Shown here in pieces: positions 40,165 to 50,705 of a stretch of DNA of 64,000 bases; positions within the stretch are counted from its first letter, which is position 1; every line of letters begins with the position of its first letter. The notes under the pieces are model-generated. The model was not told the origin of the DNA, ran no database searches, and saw only the letters and a program-made list of their open reading frames with translations. A program made the position numbers and the translations under genes. Origin of the DNA: Gammaproteobacteria bacterium (GTDB taxonomy: Bacteria > Pseudomonadota > Gammaproteobacteria > SZUA-229); NCBI GenBank assembly GCA_015488885.1, contig WFMW01000018.1:888-64887 (forward strand). The letters are read 5' to 3'.

Positions 40165-41382
40165 TTAGATATAGTTAATACCCATGGCTTTCCTTACATC
40201 CTCAAGTGTATCATGGGCAACCTCTCTGGCATTTTCATTGCCTTCATTGATAATGGCTTTGACCGTACTCATGTCTTCTTCATATTCTTTTGCCCTGGCC
40301 TGAATCGGTTTTAATTCTGCAAGTACATGATCAATAACCGGTTGTTTACAATCCACACAACCTATTGAAGCACTATGACAGCCATTTCTCACCCAGTCAC
40401 AGGTAGATTCATCGGAATAGATTTTGTGAAACTGCCATACCGGGCATTTTTCAGGATCGCCCGGATCAGTACGGCGGATACGTGCCGGATCCGTTGGCAT
40501 TGTACGTAGTTTTTTCACCACGGTATCAACATCATCACGTAGAGAAATAGTGTTGTGATAGGATTTGGACATTTTACGTCCGTCAAGCCCGGGCATTTTT
40601 GCCGCTGGTGTTAATAAGGCCTGTGGTTCAGGTAGAATAATTTTACCCGAACCTTCAAGATAACCGAATAAACGTTCCTTATCGCCAATAGAAATATTCT
40701 GTTGTGAATCAATTAAGGCACGTGCAACTTTTATCGCTTCCTGATCACCTTTTTCCTGAAATCTTTTACGATAGTCACGAAACATACGCGCATTTTTTTT
40801 GCCCATTTTTACAACGGCCTGCTCAGCCTTGTCTTCAAAACCCGGTTCACGTCCATAAAGATGATTAAAGCGGCGTGCAACTTCCCGGGTTAATTCCACA
40901 TGTGCAACCTGATCTTCACCTACGGGTACCAGTCCGGCTTTATACACTAGAATGTCAGCACTCTGTAATAATGGATATCCCAGAAAACCGTAGGTTGCCA
41001 GATCTTTTTCTTTCAGAGCTTCCTGCTGATCTTTATAGGTGGGTACGCGTTCGAGCCAGCCCAATGGGGTAATCATTGACAGTAATGTGTGTAACTCGGC
41101 ATGTTCAGGTACCTGTGACTGGATAAACAACTTGGCTGACCCCGGGCTGATACCTGCAGCCAGCCAGTCAACCACCATATTCCAGACACTTTTTTCGATA
41201 ATCGACGGATCTTCATAATGCGTTGTTAAGGCATGCCAGTCTGCCACAAAAAAGAAGCATTCATACTCATGTTGAAGCTTTACCCAGTTTTTGAGTACCC
41301 CGTGATAATGCCCCAGATGTAAAAGCCCGGTAGGCCGCATCCCCGATAATACCCGCTGATGCTGTATTGCAACTGTATTCAA
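40165..41382 (-). CDS. trpS: Tryptophanyl-tRNA synthetase
   Basis: SGMRPTG.LHLGH (HIGH), VPVGEDQ, KMSKS; TTG start. Confidence 0.96.
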   Translation of the reverse strand: MNTVAIQHQRVLSGMRPTGLLHLGHYHGVLKNWVKLQHEYECFFFVADWHALTTHYEDPSIIEKSVWNMVVDWLAAGISPGSAKLFIQSQVPEHAELHTLLSMITPLGWLERVPTYKDQQEALKEKDLATYGFLGYPLLQSADILVYKAGLVPVGEDQVAHVELTREVARRFNHLYGREPGFEDKAEQAVVKMGKKNARMFRDYRKRFQEKGDQEAIKVARALIDSQQNISIGDKERLFGYLEGSGKIILPEPQALLTPAAKMPGLDGRKMSKSYHNTISLRDDVDTVVKKLRTMPTDPARIRRTDPGDPEKCPVWQFHKIYSDESTCDWVRNGCHSASIGCVDCKQPVIDHVLAELKPIQARAKEYEEDMSTVKAIINEGNENAREVAHDTLEDVRKAMGINYI

Positions 41383-41491
41383 AATAGCTTCCTAAATGTA
41401 ATGTATATTATTAAGTTTATTATGTAAATATACTGTTATATATTTATTCTATATATATTTATTCATATTAATACTTGTGCCGGGCATGTTG

Positions 41492-42145
41492 TTAAACACC
41501 AAAAACAAAGCCAATAAGTTTAATGAAATGAATCACCATCGGCCACATTATTTTACCCAGAATTCCACTAACAAGTAAGAGTACAATAATTATCAGACCG
41601 TAGGGTTCAAGTTTCATAAAACTGGTTGCTATATTACGTGGTAACAGGCCAGCTAAAACCCTGCCGCCATCCAGTGGTGGAACAGGCAACAGGTTTAATA
41701 CCAGTAAAATAACATTAATGAGAATCCCGTTATGCCCCATGCGTACCAGGAAAACACCCGTTTCAGTCTGTCCGGCCAGTTTCAGGCTTAGCATTGCAAA
41801 TAATGCCCAGACACAGGCCATTAAGAAATTTGATAACGGGCCAGCCACTGCAACAATGGCCATATCCAGTAATGGTGACTTAAAATAGCGTGGATCAACA
41901 GGAACCGGTTTGGCCCAGCCAAAGACAAAACCACCGGCTAAATAGGTAATTATCGGAATGACAATCGTACCCATTATATCAATATGATTGATCGGGTTAA
42001 CCGTAATACGGCCAAGTTTCTGTGCGGTAGGGTCACCCAGTTTTGAAGCCACCCAGCCATGAGCCGCTTCGTGTAAAGTAATGGCGAATAACACCGGAAA
42101 TAACCAAACGGCCAGGTTGTAAATAAATTGTGCTAAGGATGGCAT
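41492..42145 (-). CDS. Site-2 protease (M50 family)
   Basis: LHEAAHG, GWAKPVP, AGPLSN, NLLPVPPLDG. Confidence 0.93.
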   Translation of the reverse strand: MPSLAQFIYNLAVWLFPVLFAITLHEAAHGWVASKLGDPTAQKLGRITVNPINHIDIMGTIVIPIITYLAGGFVFGWAKPVPVDPRYFKSPLLDMAIVAVAGPLSNFLMACVWALFAMLSLKLAGQTETGVFLVRMGHNGILINVILLVLNLLPVPPLDGGRVLAGLLPRNIATSFMKLEPYGLIIIVLLLVSGILGKIMWPMVIHFIKLIGFVFGV

Positions 42146-42148
42146 AGA

Positions 42149-42769
42149 TTAATCCAGCCCATGATCCCGGCCTTTCCCCTGTCGGCGAATTTCTGGGGCA
42201 TCATCGGTCATACGAATAACGGTAGTCGGTTCAATACCACACGGCCCGGCATCAATAATTAAATCAACATGTTTTTCCAGCTTGCGACGTATCTCATCGG
42301 TTTCAGTTTCTGGTAGATCCTCCCCGGGCATAATCAATGTACAGCTCATCAATGGCTGTTCCAGTTCACTCAGTAATGCATTCACCACCGGGTGATCAAC
42401 CACCCGAATACCGATGGTACGACGTTTTGGATGCATCAGTCGTCGTGGTACTTCGCTGGTTCCTTTAAGTAAAAAAGTATATGGCCCTGGTGTTAGCGAT
42501 TTTAATAGACGATAATCACTGTTAGTCACTTTTGCGTAAATGGAAAGCTCAGATAAATCACGACATACCAGAGTAAGGTTACGTTTTTCATCAATCTGTC
42601 GAATACGACGGATACGTTGCATGGCATTTTTATCACCAAGATGACAACCCAGCGCATAACTGGAATCTGTAGGATACACAATCACCCCGCCCCGGTGAAT
42701 AATATCCACGGCCTGTTTAATTAAACGTGGTTGTGGATTTTGTGGGTGAATCTCAAAATACTGGCTCAT
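42149..42769 (-). CDS. yciO: YciO / Sua5-YrdC family protein
   Basis: HPQNPQPRL, YPTDSSYALGC, PGPYTF, TIGIRV. Confidence 0.92.
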   Translation of the reverse strand: MSQYFEIHPQNPQPRLIKQAVDIIHRGGVIVYPTDSSYALGCHLGDKNAMQRIRRIRQIDEKRNLTLVCRDLSELSIYAKVTNSDYRLLKSLTPGPYTFLLKGTSEVPRRLMHPKRRTIGIRVVDHPVVNALLSELEQPLMSCTLIMPGEDLPETETDEIRRKLEKHVDLIIDAGPCGIEPTTVIRMTDDAPEIRRQGKGRDHGLD

Positions 42770-42778
42770 TGTCGTCTA

Positions 42779-42869
42779 AACTATAACTGTATCGTAACTA
42801 TAATTGTATCGTAACTACCTGGATATCTGAGTAGTTGCTGTTAATTTTAACTACTCACAGAGTAGTTAC
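42779..42869. repeat. 17-bp tandem duplication plus a cluster of (T)AACTACTC / GAGTAGTT motifs
   Basis: AACTATAA(C/T)TGTATCGT x2 (42779-42812); CTGAGTAGTTGC 42827, TAACTACTCA 42848, CAGAGTAGTTAC 42858. Confidence 0.75.
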
Positions 42870-43010
42870 ACTGTATCAAGCATATAGTTTAACCGAAATA
42901 GTGAACGAATAGTCTGACGATACGAGCGACATTTAGGTATAATCCTGAATTAATCGCTTATGGAAGACATGTACAACCATCAACATATAATTAGACATTA
43001 CTTAAGATAA

Positions 43011-43652
43011 ATGAAATTACTCTTTGATTTCTTTCCAATTATCCTGTTTTTTATCAGTTATTATCAGGCTCATTTTCTTATCGATAATACCTTTATTGGG
43101 CAACTGATTAATCCTGATAAACCTGATTTTATTAATGCTACCATTGTGGCAACGGCGGTTGCTATTATCGCCAGCTTTATCCAGGTTGGCTATAACTGGT
43201 TCAGTCAGCATAAACTGGAAAAAATGCACCTGTTCTCGTTAGTGCTCATTTCAGTCCTTGGCGGTATTACGATTATGCTAGGTAACCCTGCTTTTATCCA
43301 GTGGAAACCCACCGTACTCAACTGGTTGTTCGCTATTGTCTTTTTTGGCAGTCAGTTTATGGGTAATAAGCCATTGATTCAGCGGGCAATGGACAAACAG
43401 ATTGAATTACCCGCAGCCATCTGGAAGCGGCTTAATTTCGCCTGGGTGATATTCTTTTTTATCAGTGGCGCAGCTAATCTTTATGTCGCCTTTTATTATC
43501 ATACCGAACGCCTCGCCAGTGTGCGTATGGATACCTGGGTAAACTTTAAACTGTTTGGTCTAATGGGGCTTACCATTGCTTTTGTTATTCTCCAGGCGAT
43601 TTATCTGGCTCGCTACATCCCTCAGGATGATGATGAGACATCCGATCAGTAA
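43011..43652 (+). CDS. yciB: Inner membrane protein YciB (intracellular septation protein A)
   Basis: MKLLFDFFPIILFF, FIQWKPT, WVNFKLFG. Confidence 0.94.
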   Translation: MKLLFDFFPIILFFISYYQAHFLIDNTFIGQLINPDKPDFINATIVATAVAIIASFIQVGYNWFSQHKLEKMHLFSLVLISVLGGITIMLGNPAFIQWKPTVLNWLFAIVFFGSQFMGNKPLIQRAMDKQIELPAAIWKRLNFAWVIFFFISGAANLYVAFYYHTERLASVRMDTWVNFKLFGLMGLTIAFVILQAIYLARYIPQDDDETSDQ

Positions 43653-43709
43653 GCAGGTGTCAACAAGCAAGCTGATTCAGTTGAGTAATTAAACCGGGAT
43701 ATACCAACA

Positions 43710-44009
43710 ATGTTATACGCTATTATTGCTGAGGATGTTATCGATAGTCTGGCCGACAGACTGAAAGCAAGGCCCGCACATCTAGCACGATTATTAACAT
43801 TGCAGAATGAAGGCCGCCTGATACTGGCTGGCCCTAATCCTGCTATTGATACTGAAGATCCGGGCGCAGCGGGCTTTAGCGGTAGCCTGATAGTAGCTGA
43901 ATTTGACAGTCTGGCAGCAGCCCAGCAATGGGCAGATAGCGACCCCTATGTGGCGGCGGGGGTTTACAGCAGCACTCAGATTAAACCTTTTAAACAGGTA
44001 TTCCCATAA
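43710..44009 (+). CDS. yciI: YciI family protein
   Basis: [24 protein letters not shown]. Confidence 0.94.
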   Translation: MLYAIIAEDVIDSLADRLKARPAHLARLLTLQNEGRLILAGPNPAIDTEDPGAAGFSGSLIVAEFDSLAAAQQWADSDPYVAAGVYSSTQIKPFKQVFP

Positions 44010-44074
44010 GCCTTTCCTGATACATCCAGGCGATTGTTTTTTTATACATTAAGACCAGCAGCCCCCCCTGATAG

Positions 44075-44179
44075 TTATAAAAACGTCTTAACAACCAGAT
44101 AAGTCATTGCTATGATCAATGACCACGCAGCTATCTCAGTAAATATGACCTCTTTATGATTCTTTTTTTTGTATTTCAT
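44075..44179 (-). CDS. Unannotated 34-aa single-TM peptide MKYKKKNHKEVIFTEIAAWSLIIAMTYLVVKTFL
   Basis: AGGAG RBS 9 nt before the ATG; sigma54 promoter 50 bp upstream; basic N-terminus followed by a hydrophobic helix. Confidence 0.6.
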   Translation of the reverse strand: MKYKKKNHKEVIFTEIAAWSLIIAMTYLVVKTFL

Positions 44180-44228
44180 TAAATTAATCTCCTAAAAAAA
44201 TTATTTTTTTATCTGTCAGCTCAGTTAA

Positions 44229-44244
44229 AGCAAAGCTCATGCCA
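44229..44244 (-). promoter_or_regulatory. Sigma54 -24/-12 promoter
   Basis: Minus strand TGGCAT-GAGCT-TTGCT, with correct GG/GC spacing. Confidence 0.75.
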
Positions 44245-44592
44245 GAAAAATAATTTTATGTAGAAAATAATAAATGAATAGTGACGCTATCGTAATGCTT
44301 ATGCTGTGGGGGTTTAGCTGACGCAATAATTAATCAGTAAGCTTGAATTTTTTATACCAGTTTAAATATTTGAGAATGCTATAAGCTAACATGTCTGTTT
44401 TTAGTCAAAGCTGTCGCAGACATGACAATGACTAAACAGTTATGTTAACTTCTACTAATTTGTATGCTCTGCCTTTGGGTGACCCTATACCTGGTACCCC
44501 TATATTTTTGCGACCCTATACGCTGTATCATCTTTCAGAATCAGCGGCAGTGAATATTCCCTATAAAAGTCAGCTTCATGGAAATATCTTTA

Positions 44593-45942
44593 TTAAACGG
44601 CTATTTTCAACTTTTTGATCAGATCGTACAATGTAGGACGACTAACACCCAATAGTTCTGCTGCAGGCGCGACTTTACCATTAACATTTGTAAGTGCACG
44701 TAATATTGCCTGACGCTCGGCTTTTTCCCGAATCTCTCTGAGATTAAAATTCATGGCTTTAGTCGCAGTTTTGTCCAGCTCCAGATCGGTCGCTGAAATC
44801 TGTTTGCCGTCTGACATAATGACGGCACGTTTAATTCGATTCTGAAGTTCACGTACATTACCCGGCCAGGAATAAGAGTCCATCGTACTTAAGGCATCTT
44901 TAGTGAAACCGCGTAACTTCCTGCCATGATCCTGATTAAATTTACCAAAAAAGAAGCGAGCCAGTACAATAATATCGCCTTCACGATCTCTTAATGGTGG
45001 AATTTCTAGTGGAATTTCACTTATCCGATAAAACAGATCTTCTCTAAATTCACCCTGCTCTATTTTAGCCCGTAGATTCTGGTGTGTGGCACAGACCACG
45101 CGCACATTGACCGGAATAGAGGCATGTCCGCCGACACGCTCGATGACACGCTCCTGTAAAAAGCGCAAGAGTTTAGCCTGTAACACCATGGGCAAATCAC
45201 CCATTTCATCAAGAAACAGCGTACCACCTTCAGCATATTCAATTTTACCCACAGTCTGCCTGTTTGCACCGGTAAATGCGCCCTTTTCATAACCAAATAA
45301 TTCACTCTCCAGCAATGTTTCCGGGATTGCAGCACAATTAATGGCAACAAAATTACCACTTTTATTCCGCCCAAGACTATGCAAAGCCCTGGCACAAAGT
45401 TCCTTACCTGTACCACTCTCACCAAGCAGTAAAATAGTTGCATCAGACGGTGCAATTTTCTCAACCGCTTTACAGACACTTTGCATTTGTGGACTACAGG
45501 CAATAACACCATCAAAAGGTTCGTGAACCTCTCCCTGTTGAAGACGTTGGTTATCGTTTTCGAGTTCCTGAAGGCGAAAAGCACGGTTAACAATCAGGCT
45601 GATAATTTCTGGTTCAAAGGGTTTCGCATAAAAATCATAGGCGCCCAGTCCAATCGCCTTTACTGCATTTTCTCGATCATCCTGTCCGGTAACGACAATC
45701 ACTTTTACCGCTGGGTCAATATCCAGAATCTGCTCCAGAGTAGCCAGCCCCTCTGTCGGATCATCTTCATGAGGAGGAAGCCCCAGGTCTAAAGTTACCA
45801 CCGCTGGCTGATGTTTTTTTACCTGTTCCAGCGCCGATTCGCGGTCATCAGCAAGAAATACTTCGTAATTTTCGAAACACCATTTTATCTGGCTTTGTAA
45901 ACCCAGATCATCCTCTACCACCAGTAATTTATTATTATTCAT
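44593..45942 (-). CDS. prsR: PEP-CTERM-box sigma54 response regulator PrsR
   Basis: LLVVEDDLGLQSQIKW, VVTLDLGLPP, GESGTGKE, GAFTGA, Fis-type HTH GVSRPTLYDL. Confidence 0.92.
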   Translation of the reverse strand: MNNNKLLVVEDDLGLQSQIKWCFENYEVFLADDRESALEQVKKHQPAVVTLDLGLPPHEDDPTEGLATLEQILDIDPAVKVIVVTGQDDRENAVKAIGLGAYDFYAKPFEPEIISLIVNRAFRLQELENDNQRLQQGEVHEPFDGVIACSPQMQSVCKAVEKIAPSDATILLLGESGTGKELCARALHSLGRNKSGNFVAINCAAIPETLLESELFGYEKGAFTGANRQTVGKIEYAEGGTLFLDEMGDLPMVLQAKLLRFLQERVIERVGGHASIPVNVRVVCATHQNLRAKIEQGEFREDLFYRISEIPLEIPPLRDREGDIIVLARFFFGKFNQDHGRKLRGFTKDALSTMDSYSWPGNVRELQNRIKRAVIMSDGKQISATDLELDKTATKAMNFNLREIREKAERQAILRALTNVNGKVAPAAELLGVSRPTLYDLIKKLKIAV

Positions 45943-46068
45943 AGGTGCCTATATATAACATATTTTTGTTTAAAATGTCGAAATATCTTACACCAGTTTG
46001 TCAATGTTGACATGTTTAATTGCCAGAAAACCCGTCAATTATTTAGCAGCATAATAATTTTTAACTGA

Positions 46069-48129
46069 TTATTTTGCTGGAGGAAAGGTTAGTTTGAATC
46101 GTGTGCCTTCACCGGGTTGACTAAAAACTTCAATATCACCTCCTAATGCATAAACAATTTCTCTGGATTCATAAACGCCAATACCCATGCCTTTACTGCC
46201 TTTCGTTGTTTTAAAGGGTTTGAACAGCTGGTTTTTAACAAAGCTTTCATCCATTCCACAACCATTATCAATAATTTCAATAATAACGTTGCCTTCACCC
46301 TGTTTCTGTATAATGGATATTTTACCGTCATCATCGGTTGCATCCTGTGCATTCTGAACCAGATGACCAAGTATTGCCAATAACTGGTTTTTATCTGCTT
46401 TAACAGAATAGGTATGTGATGCACAGTTAAGTACCGGCACGGGTTTACCACCTGCTACTTCACGCTGATGAACCAGTTCTTCGAGTACGCCGATAATGTT
46501 TACTTCCCTCGAATGCGTAACATCCGTTTTATTATTCAGTACCCCCATCATTTTATTCATTTTTGTAACCGAGTTATTGATGGTTTTAAAAACATCCAGC
46601 ATAAAAAGCGGATTATCTTTATGCTTTTCAGCATTGCTGGCAATAAGGGTTAACTGTGCAATCAGGTTCTTGATATCATGCACAACATAAGTTGAAACCT
46701 TATTAAAACTTTCAAATTGTCTGGCTTCTGCCAGTGCATTGGATGCATTAATCTGTTCCAGAAATGTTGCTACCTGTCTGGCGGCTGTTTTGAGTAAATC
46801 ACTGTCTTCCCAGTTAAAGGTTTTCTGCCTTGCTGGTGAACTATCCAGCACAATAAAACCAATTAATAATTCATTATTGATTAATGGCACGATTAACCAG
46901 GGGTGCAGTTCTTTTATCCAGTCAGGTAATTCGAGAAATCCAAGTCGATTGTAAACTTCGGGTTTTTCTTCAAATTCATCAACACTGATAACAAATTCAT
47001 TTTCCTGCATAAAGACAGGAAATGAACTACCCCCAGGTTCTCTTATATTTATTACCGGCATTTTCCAGGCTTCTACACAATGAAAAAAACCATTATTTTG
47101 TCTTAACCAGAGCATGCCTCCAGGGCTATCAATAATCTGTGCAATAGATTTTATGCTTTGTTGATAAATAGATTCATCATTGTTTTTTGTCGATAAAGTA
47201 TGAATAAAACGTAACCACTCTTCTCTATAGTCATATTTATACGGATAAAAATGTTTATTCAACAACACATAAACACGAGCACGAATTCTTCTTGAGGTAA
47301 TAAATATAATCAGGGTAAGGATAGTGGCGAATAAAAGGATAGCCTGTGCGACCAGCCCCCAGCTTCCGCCATACTCTCTTACGTAATAACCGGCAAATCC
47401 CATTACCATGAGATAAATACCACTGCTTAGTAAAGCCGTTGTATGAAAGACAACTCGCCGAGAAATAAAAATCTCCGGTGACCATAAAGGATCACGGGAT
47501 ACACTTATACCAAGCAATGGTACAATCAATGCGTAGACAAATCCACGTGACTGCCATAAAACCGGGTCAAGACGCTGGTAAAGAAGGCTGTCGGAATACA
47601 TATAAAAGTCAAACACACTCATGCCCAGTAAACCCAGGCAGAGATATTTAATTGCCCATTTTTGCTCAGTGCGTGTATTGCGATAAATTTGCTCTATCAT
47701 GGCGATATTCAAAACCGCTAACAGTAAAAATATAGAACTTAGATAGTTAATATTTTTTATATAAGGAATGGTATCCAGATAGGGTTTAAATAACACGGGC
47801 AAAAAAAGAATACTCAGAAAAACCATGAATATAGTTTTAAGCCGATGTCTCATTGCCAAATTATATCGTTCACGATAAGTAAGGCTGAGTAGTCGTCCCA
47901 GAAAGAAAAGCCAGCTGACACTTTTTATATATTCAAAAACATCAGGAGAAAAACTGTCCATGCTTTCAGGTGAAAGATAAACAAGAAAAAACGACCATAA
48001 ACAGCTAACAGCTACCGCAATCAGTAATGCCTGCTTGGTTGAGCCTTGATGTTTATCCGTTAGCAGAATGGCAAAGAAAACCAGAAAAGTAAAAGCGCTT
48101 ACGGAATAACTGATTGCGCCTAAATTCAT
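46069..48129 (-). CDS. prsK: PEP-CTERM system histidine kinase PrsK
   Basis: Multi-TM N-terminus; RVVFHT, KHFYPYKYDYREEWLRF, GAF, VVHDIKN, NAQDA, GMGIGVYE. Confidence 0.93.
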   Translation of the reverse strand: MNLGAISYSVSAFTFLVFFAILLTDKHQGSTKQALLIAVAVSCLWSFFLVYLSPESMDSFSPDVFEYIKSVSWLFFLGRLLSLTYRERYNLAMRHRLKTIFMVFLSILFLPVLFKPYLDTIPYIKNINYLSSIFLLLAVLNIAMIEQIYRNTRTEQKWAIKYLCLGLLGMSVFDFYMYSDSLLYQRLDPVLWQSRGFVYALIVPLLGISVSRDPLWSPEIFISRRVVFHTTALLSSGIYLMVMGFAGYYVREYGGSWGLVAQAILLFATILTLIIFITSRRIRARVYVLLNKHFYPYKYDYREEWLRFIHTLSTKNNDESIYQQSIKSIAQIIDSPGGMLWLRQNNGFFHCVEAWKMPVINIREPGGSSFPVFMQENEFVISVDEFEEKPEVYNRLGFLELPDWIKELHPWLIVPLINNELLIGFIVLDSSPARQKTFNWEDSDLLKTAARQVATFLEQINASNALAEARQFESFNKVSTYVVHDIKNLIAQLTLIASNAEKHKDNPLFMLDVFKTINNSVTKMNKMMGVLNNKTDVTHSREVNIIGVLEELVHQREVAGGKPVPVLNCASHTYSVKADKNQLLAILGHLVQNAQDATDDDGKISIIQKQGEGNVIIEIIDNGCGMDESFVKNQLFKPFKTTKGSKGMGIGVYESREIVYALGGDIEVFSQPGEGTRFKLTFPPAK

Positions 48130-48187
48130 CGTACTAAACTCATTTAAATTAAATTGACAGTTATTTTTGACAGTTATTTAAAAAAAA

Positions 48188-48235
48188 TTAAGGATGCACT
48201 AATCAAGCAGAGATAGTTAATTAGTGCATCCTTAA
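48188..48235. terminator. Perfect 16-bp inverted repeat between prsT-like and prsK
   Basis: TTAAGGATGCACTAAT / ATTAGTGCATCCTTAA; on the minus strand followed by a long T run. Confidence 0.7.
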
Positions 48236-48268
48236 CAGACGCTGTCTCCAGCCGCTGATTAATGCTTA

Positions 48269-50650
48269 TTAAAGACTCTTTATGGCCTCCTCAGCTTTGC
48301 CTCTGGCAGCAAAGTTTTTATTATTACTCAGACTTTTTTCCAGGTAATGTCTGGCATTTTTTTTATCACCTGCAGCTTTATAAGCCATACCAAGATGATA
48401 ATTAAAAACATTGATATTTGGTGCAGTTGTAACCGCCTGATTCAGGCTAACAATAGCTGTTTTGTAATCGCCGTTTTTATAATATACCCAGCCGACCGTA
48501 TCCTGAATAACCGGTTGCTTAACCACCTTGAGCTTATCGGCTAATGTTTTAGCGCGATTCAAGCTGCTTTTATCCTGTCGATGATCCGATAAAATAGATG
48601 CCAGATTATTCATCGCCAGCAGATTATCTTTATGTTTTGTAAGTATCGACTCATATACATTGATAGCTTTATCATACTGACCTTTTGACTCATATATGAT
48701 AGCCAGTGCCATTGAAAGTTTAATATTATCAGTAGCTTGACTCCCTGTTTCCAGAATCTTCAGCCTTTTATCTTTTTTGCCCTGTTTGTTATATATATCG
48801 GCTAATAACATATAGGCTTCGGCAGTATCTGGCTTTTGCTGAATAATCGCTTTCAGCTCGGTTTCAGCATTTGTATTATTTTTATTGGCCATATGAATTT
48901 TGGCTAATAACAGTTTAAGGTCAATATCATCCGGGTGTTTTTTAATTGCCATTTGAACCCGATTTAAAGCTTCCTGAGTATTGCCCATTGACACCTGTAT
49001 AGATGTTAACAACTTAAGTATCTGACGATTATTTTTAACTTTTGCATAGCCCTGTTTTAATAAACTAACGGCCTGTTTGGTCTTTTTACTGTTTGCCAGA
49101 TAGGGAACCGACTGTATATAGCCATTGGCCTTATCAGAGAATTGCTTTACCAGTTTTATTGCTATGGGTTTTACCGCATCAAATTTCTTTTGTTTGTTTA
49201 ATAGTGCCGCTTTCATCGATAGAACTTCATAATTTGAGTCATTGATGGCGAGATAACTATCAAGCATTTTTTCGGTCTTTGCCATATCCTTGATACTGGC
49301 ATAATACTTGGCCAGCTTGATTAACGCACCAGGATTAGATCGGTTATTTTCAAATGCATTATTTAATACGGCTTTTGCCTGTTCTTTTTCCCCTAATGCC
49401 TGGTGTGTGGCTGCGAGTAGAAAATAGGCTTCAATATTTTCCGGTGCTTCCTTTACCACAATACGTAAAGCGATGACTGCGTTCTGATAATCTTTATCGA
49501 CTATATCAATCCTGGCGAGCAGAAAATTAACTTTCGGGTTATTGGGTGAGATAGCGATTGCATCGTGTAATTCCTTCAAGGCTTTCTGTTTTTGTTTCTC
49601 CTGCATGTATAATGTTGCCAGTGCAATCCTTGAATTAATACCGGTAACATCTTCAGAGAAATCTTTTACTGCTGCCTGGAAAACCTGCTTTGCCTGATCA
49701 ATTTTCCTGTCTAGTACATATAAATTTCCCAGTATAAGCCTGAGTTTGCCCATAGCAGGTGATTTTTTAATTAAAGCTGTTAACTCGGTTTCTGCCGCCT
49801 TATTACTTTTTATTGACTGTATATATTTTACCAGCGTTAGCTGTCTGTCCACATCATCGGGTTTGTTTTCAATTGCTGCCCTGAGAGTAGCTTCTGCTTT
49901 TTCCTTATTACCTGTTATATTATAAAAAGCAGCAAGTTCAGTATAACTGACAAAATCATCTGGTTTTTTCTGTAATAAATCCTGGTAGATTTTTTCTGCT
50001 TTTGTATAACTTTTGTTTATAACCAGTATCTTTGCCAGTAAACGAGTTAACTGTATATTATGCTGATTTTTTTTCAGTGACTTTTCAAGAACTGTAACAG
50101 CCTTTTCATTCTGTTTTTTCTGCAGGTATAAACTGGCAAGAAAGCTGGCATTCTCAACGTGGGACGGATCTCGCTTAAAAATACTCTGTGATATCGAAAA
50201 AGCTTCATCTGGTTTTTTATTGAATATATCAATCCCGGCTTTTAGTAGTAAACCATCTATGTTCTTCGGGTCTTTATTGAGAATAAGATCACGTTTTTCT
50301 TCGGCCTTTTTTTTGTCATGAGCCAAAAGCAAATAAAAACGTCCCAGTTTTGCCTGAACCTTAAAGTTAGCCGGATCTAATTCAGCGGCTTTGGAATAAT
50401 TACCAAAAGCCTGGCGGTAGTCTTTTTTCTGCTCATAGATTTTTCCAAGCTGGTAATAGGCATTAGCAAATTTTGGATCAATCTGTAAAACATTTTTTAA
50501 TTCGATGCGGGCTTTTTCCAGATTGCCTGCTGCAATCGAGATTTTTGCTTTTTCAAGGTAAGCAGCTTTACGTTGATCAGCACCCCCACAGGCGGTAACA
50601 ATGGATGCTAAAAAACTGATGAGAACAAAAATTTTAATAAAACGGGGCAT
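48269..50650 (-). CDS. TPR-repeat lipoprotein, PrsT-like
   Basis: Lipobox VTAC, ARIELKNVLQIDP, many TPRs, NNLA..DTVGWVYY; adjacent to prsK/prsR. Confidence 0.85.
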   Translation of the reverse strand: MPRFIKIFVLISFLASIVTACGGADQRKAAYLEKAKISIAAGNLEKARIELKNVLQIDPKFANAYYQLGKIYEQKKDYRQAFGNYSKAAELDPANFKVQAKLGRFYLLLAHDKKKAEEKRDLILNKDPKNIDGLLLKAGIDIFNKKPDEAFSISQSIFKRDPSHVENASFLASLYLQKKQNEKAVTVLEKSLKKNQHNIQLTRLLAKILVINKSYTKAEKIYQDLLQKKPDDFVSYTELAAFYNITGNKEKAEATLRAAIENKPDDVDRQLTLVKYIQSIKSNKAAETELTALIKKSPAMGKLRLILGNLYVLDRKIDQAKQVFQAAVKDFSEDVTGINSRIALATLYMQEKQKQKALKELHDAIAISPNNPKVNFLLARIDIVDKDYQNAVIALRIVVKEAPENIEAYFLLAATHQALGEKEQAKAVLNNAFENNRSNPGALIKLAKYYASIKDMAKTEKMLDSYLAINDSNYEVLSMKAALLNKQKKFDAVKPIAIKLVKQFSDKANGYIQSVPYLANSKKTKQAVSLLKQGYAKVKNNRQILKLLTSIQVSMGNTQEALNRVQMAIKKHPDDIDLKLLLAKIHMANKNNTNAETELKAIIQQKPDTAEAYMLLADIYNKQGKKDKRLKILETGSQATDNIKLSMALAIIYESKGQYDKAINVYESILTKHKDNLLAMNNLASILSDHRQDKSSLNRAKTLADKLKVVKQPVIQDTVGWVYYKNGDYKTAIVSLNQAVTTAPNINVFNYHLGMAYKAAGDKKNARHYLEKSLSNNKNFAARGKAEEAIKSL

Positions 50651-50705
50651 TTTTTCACCTTAATCGTTGCGGTAATTGAGTATATTCTACTTTATGTTTT
50701 AGCTA

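Noticed and set aside
40165-41382. Functional link between trpS and the HipA kinase; also the roughly 60-aa insertion in TrpRS
   Set aside because: The genes are about 16 kb apart, trpS is in its usual scpAB context, and the long TrpRS form is common in proteobacteria
44481-44521. Three ACCC(C)TATA motifs downstream of prsR
   Set aside because: Short, irregularly spaced, no dyad; function unsupported
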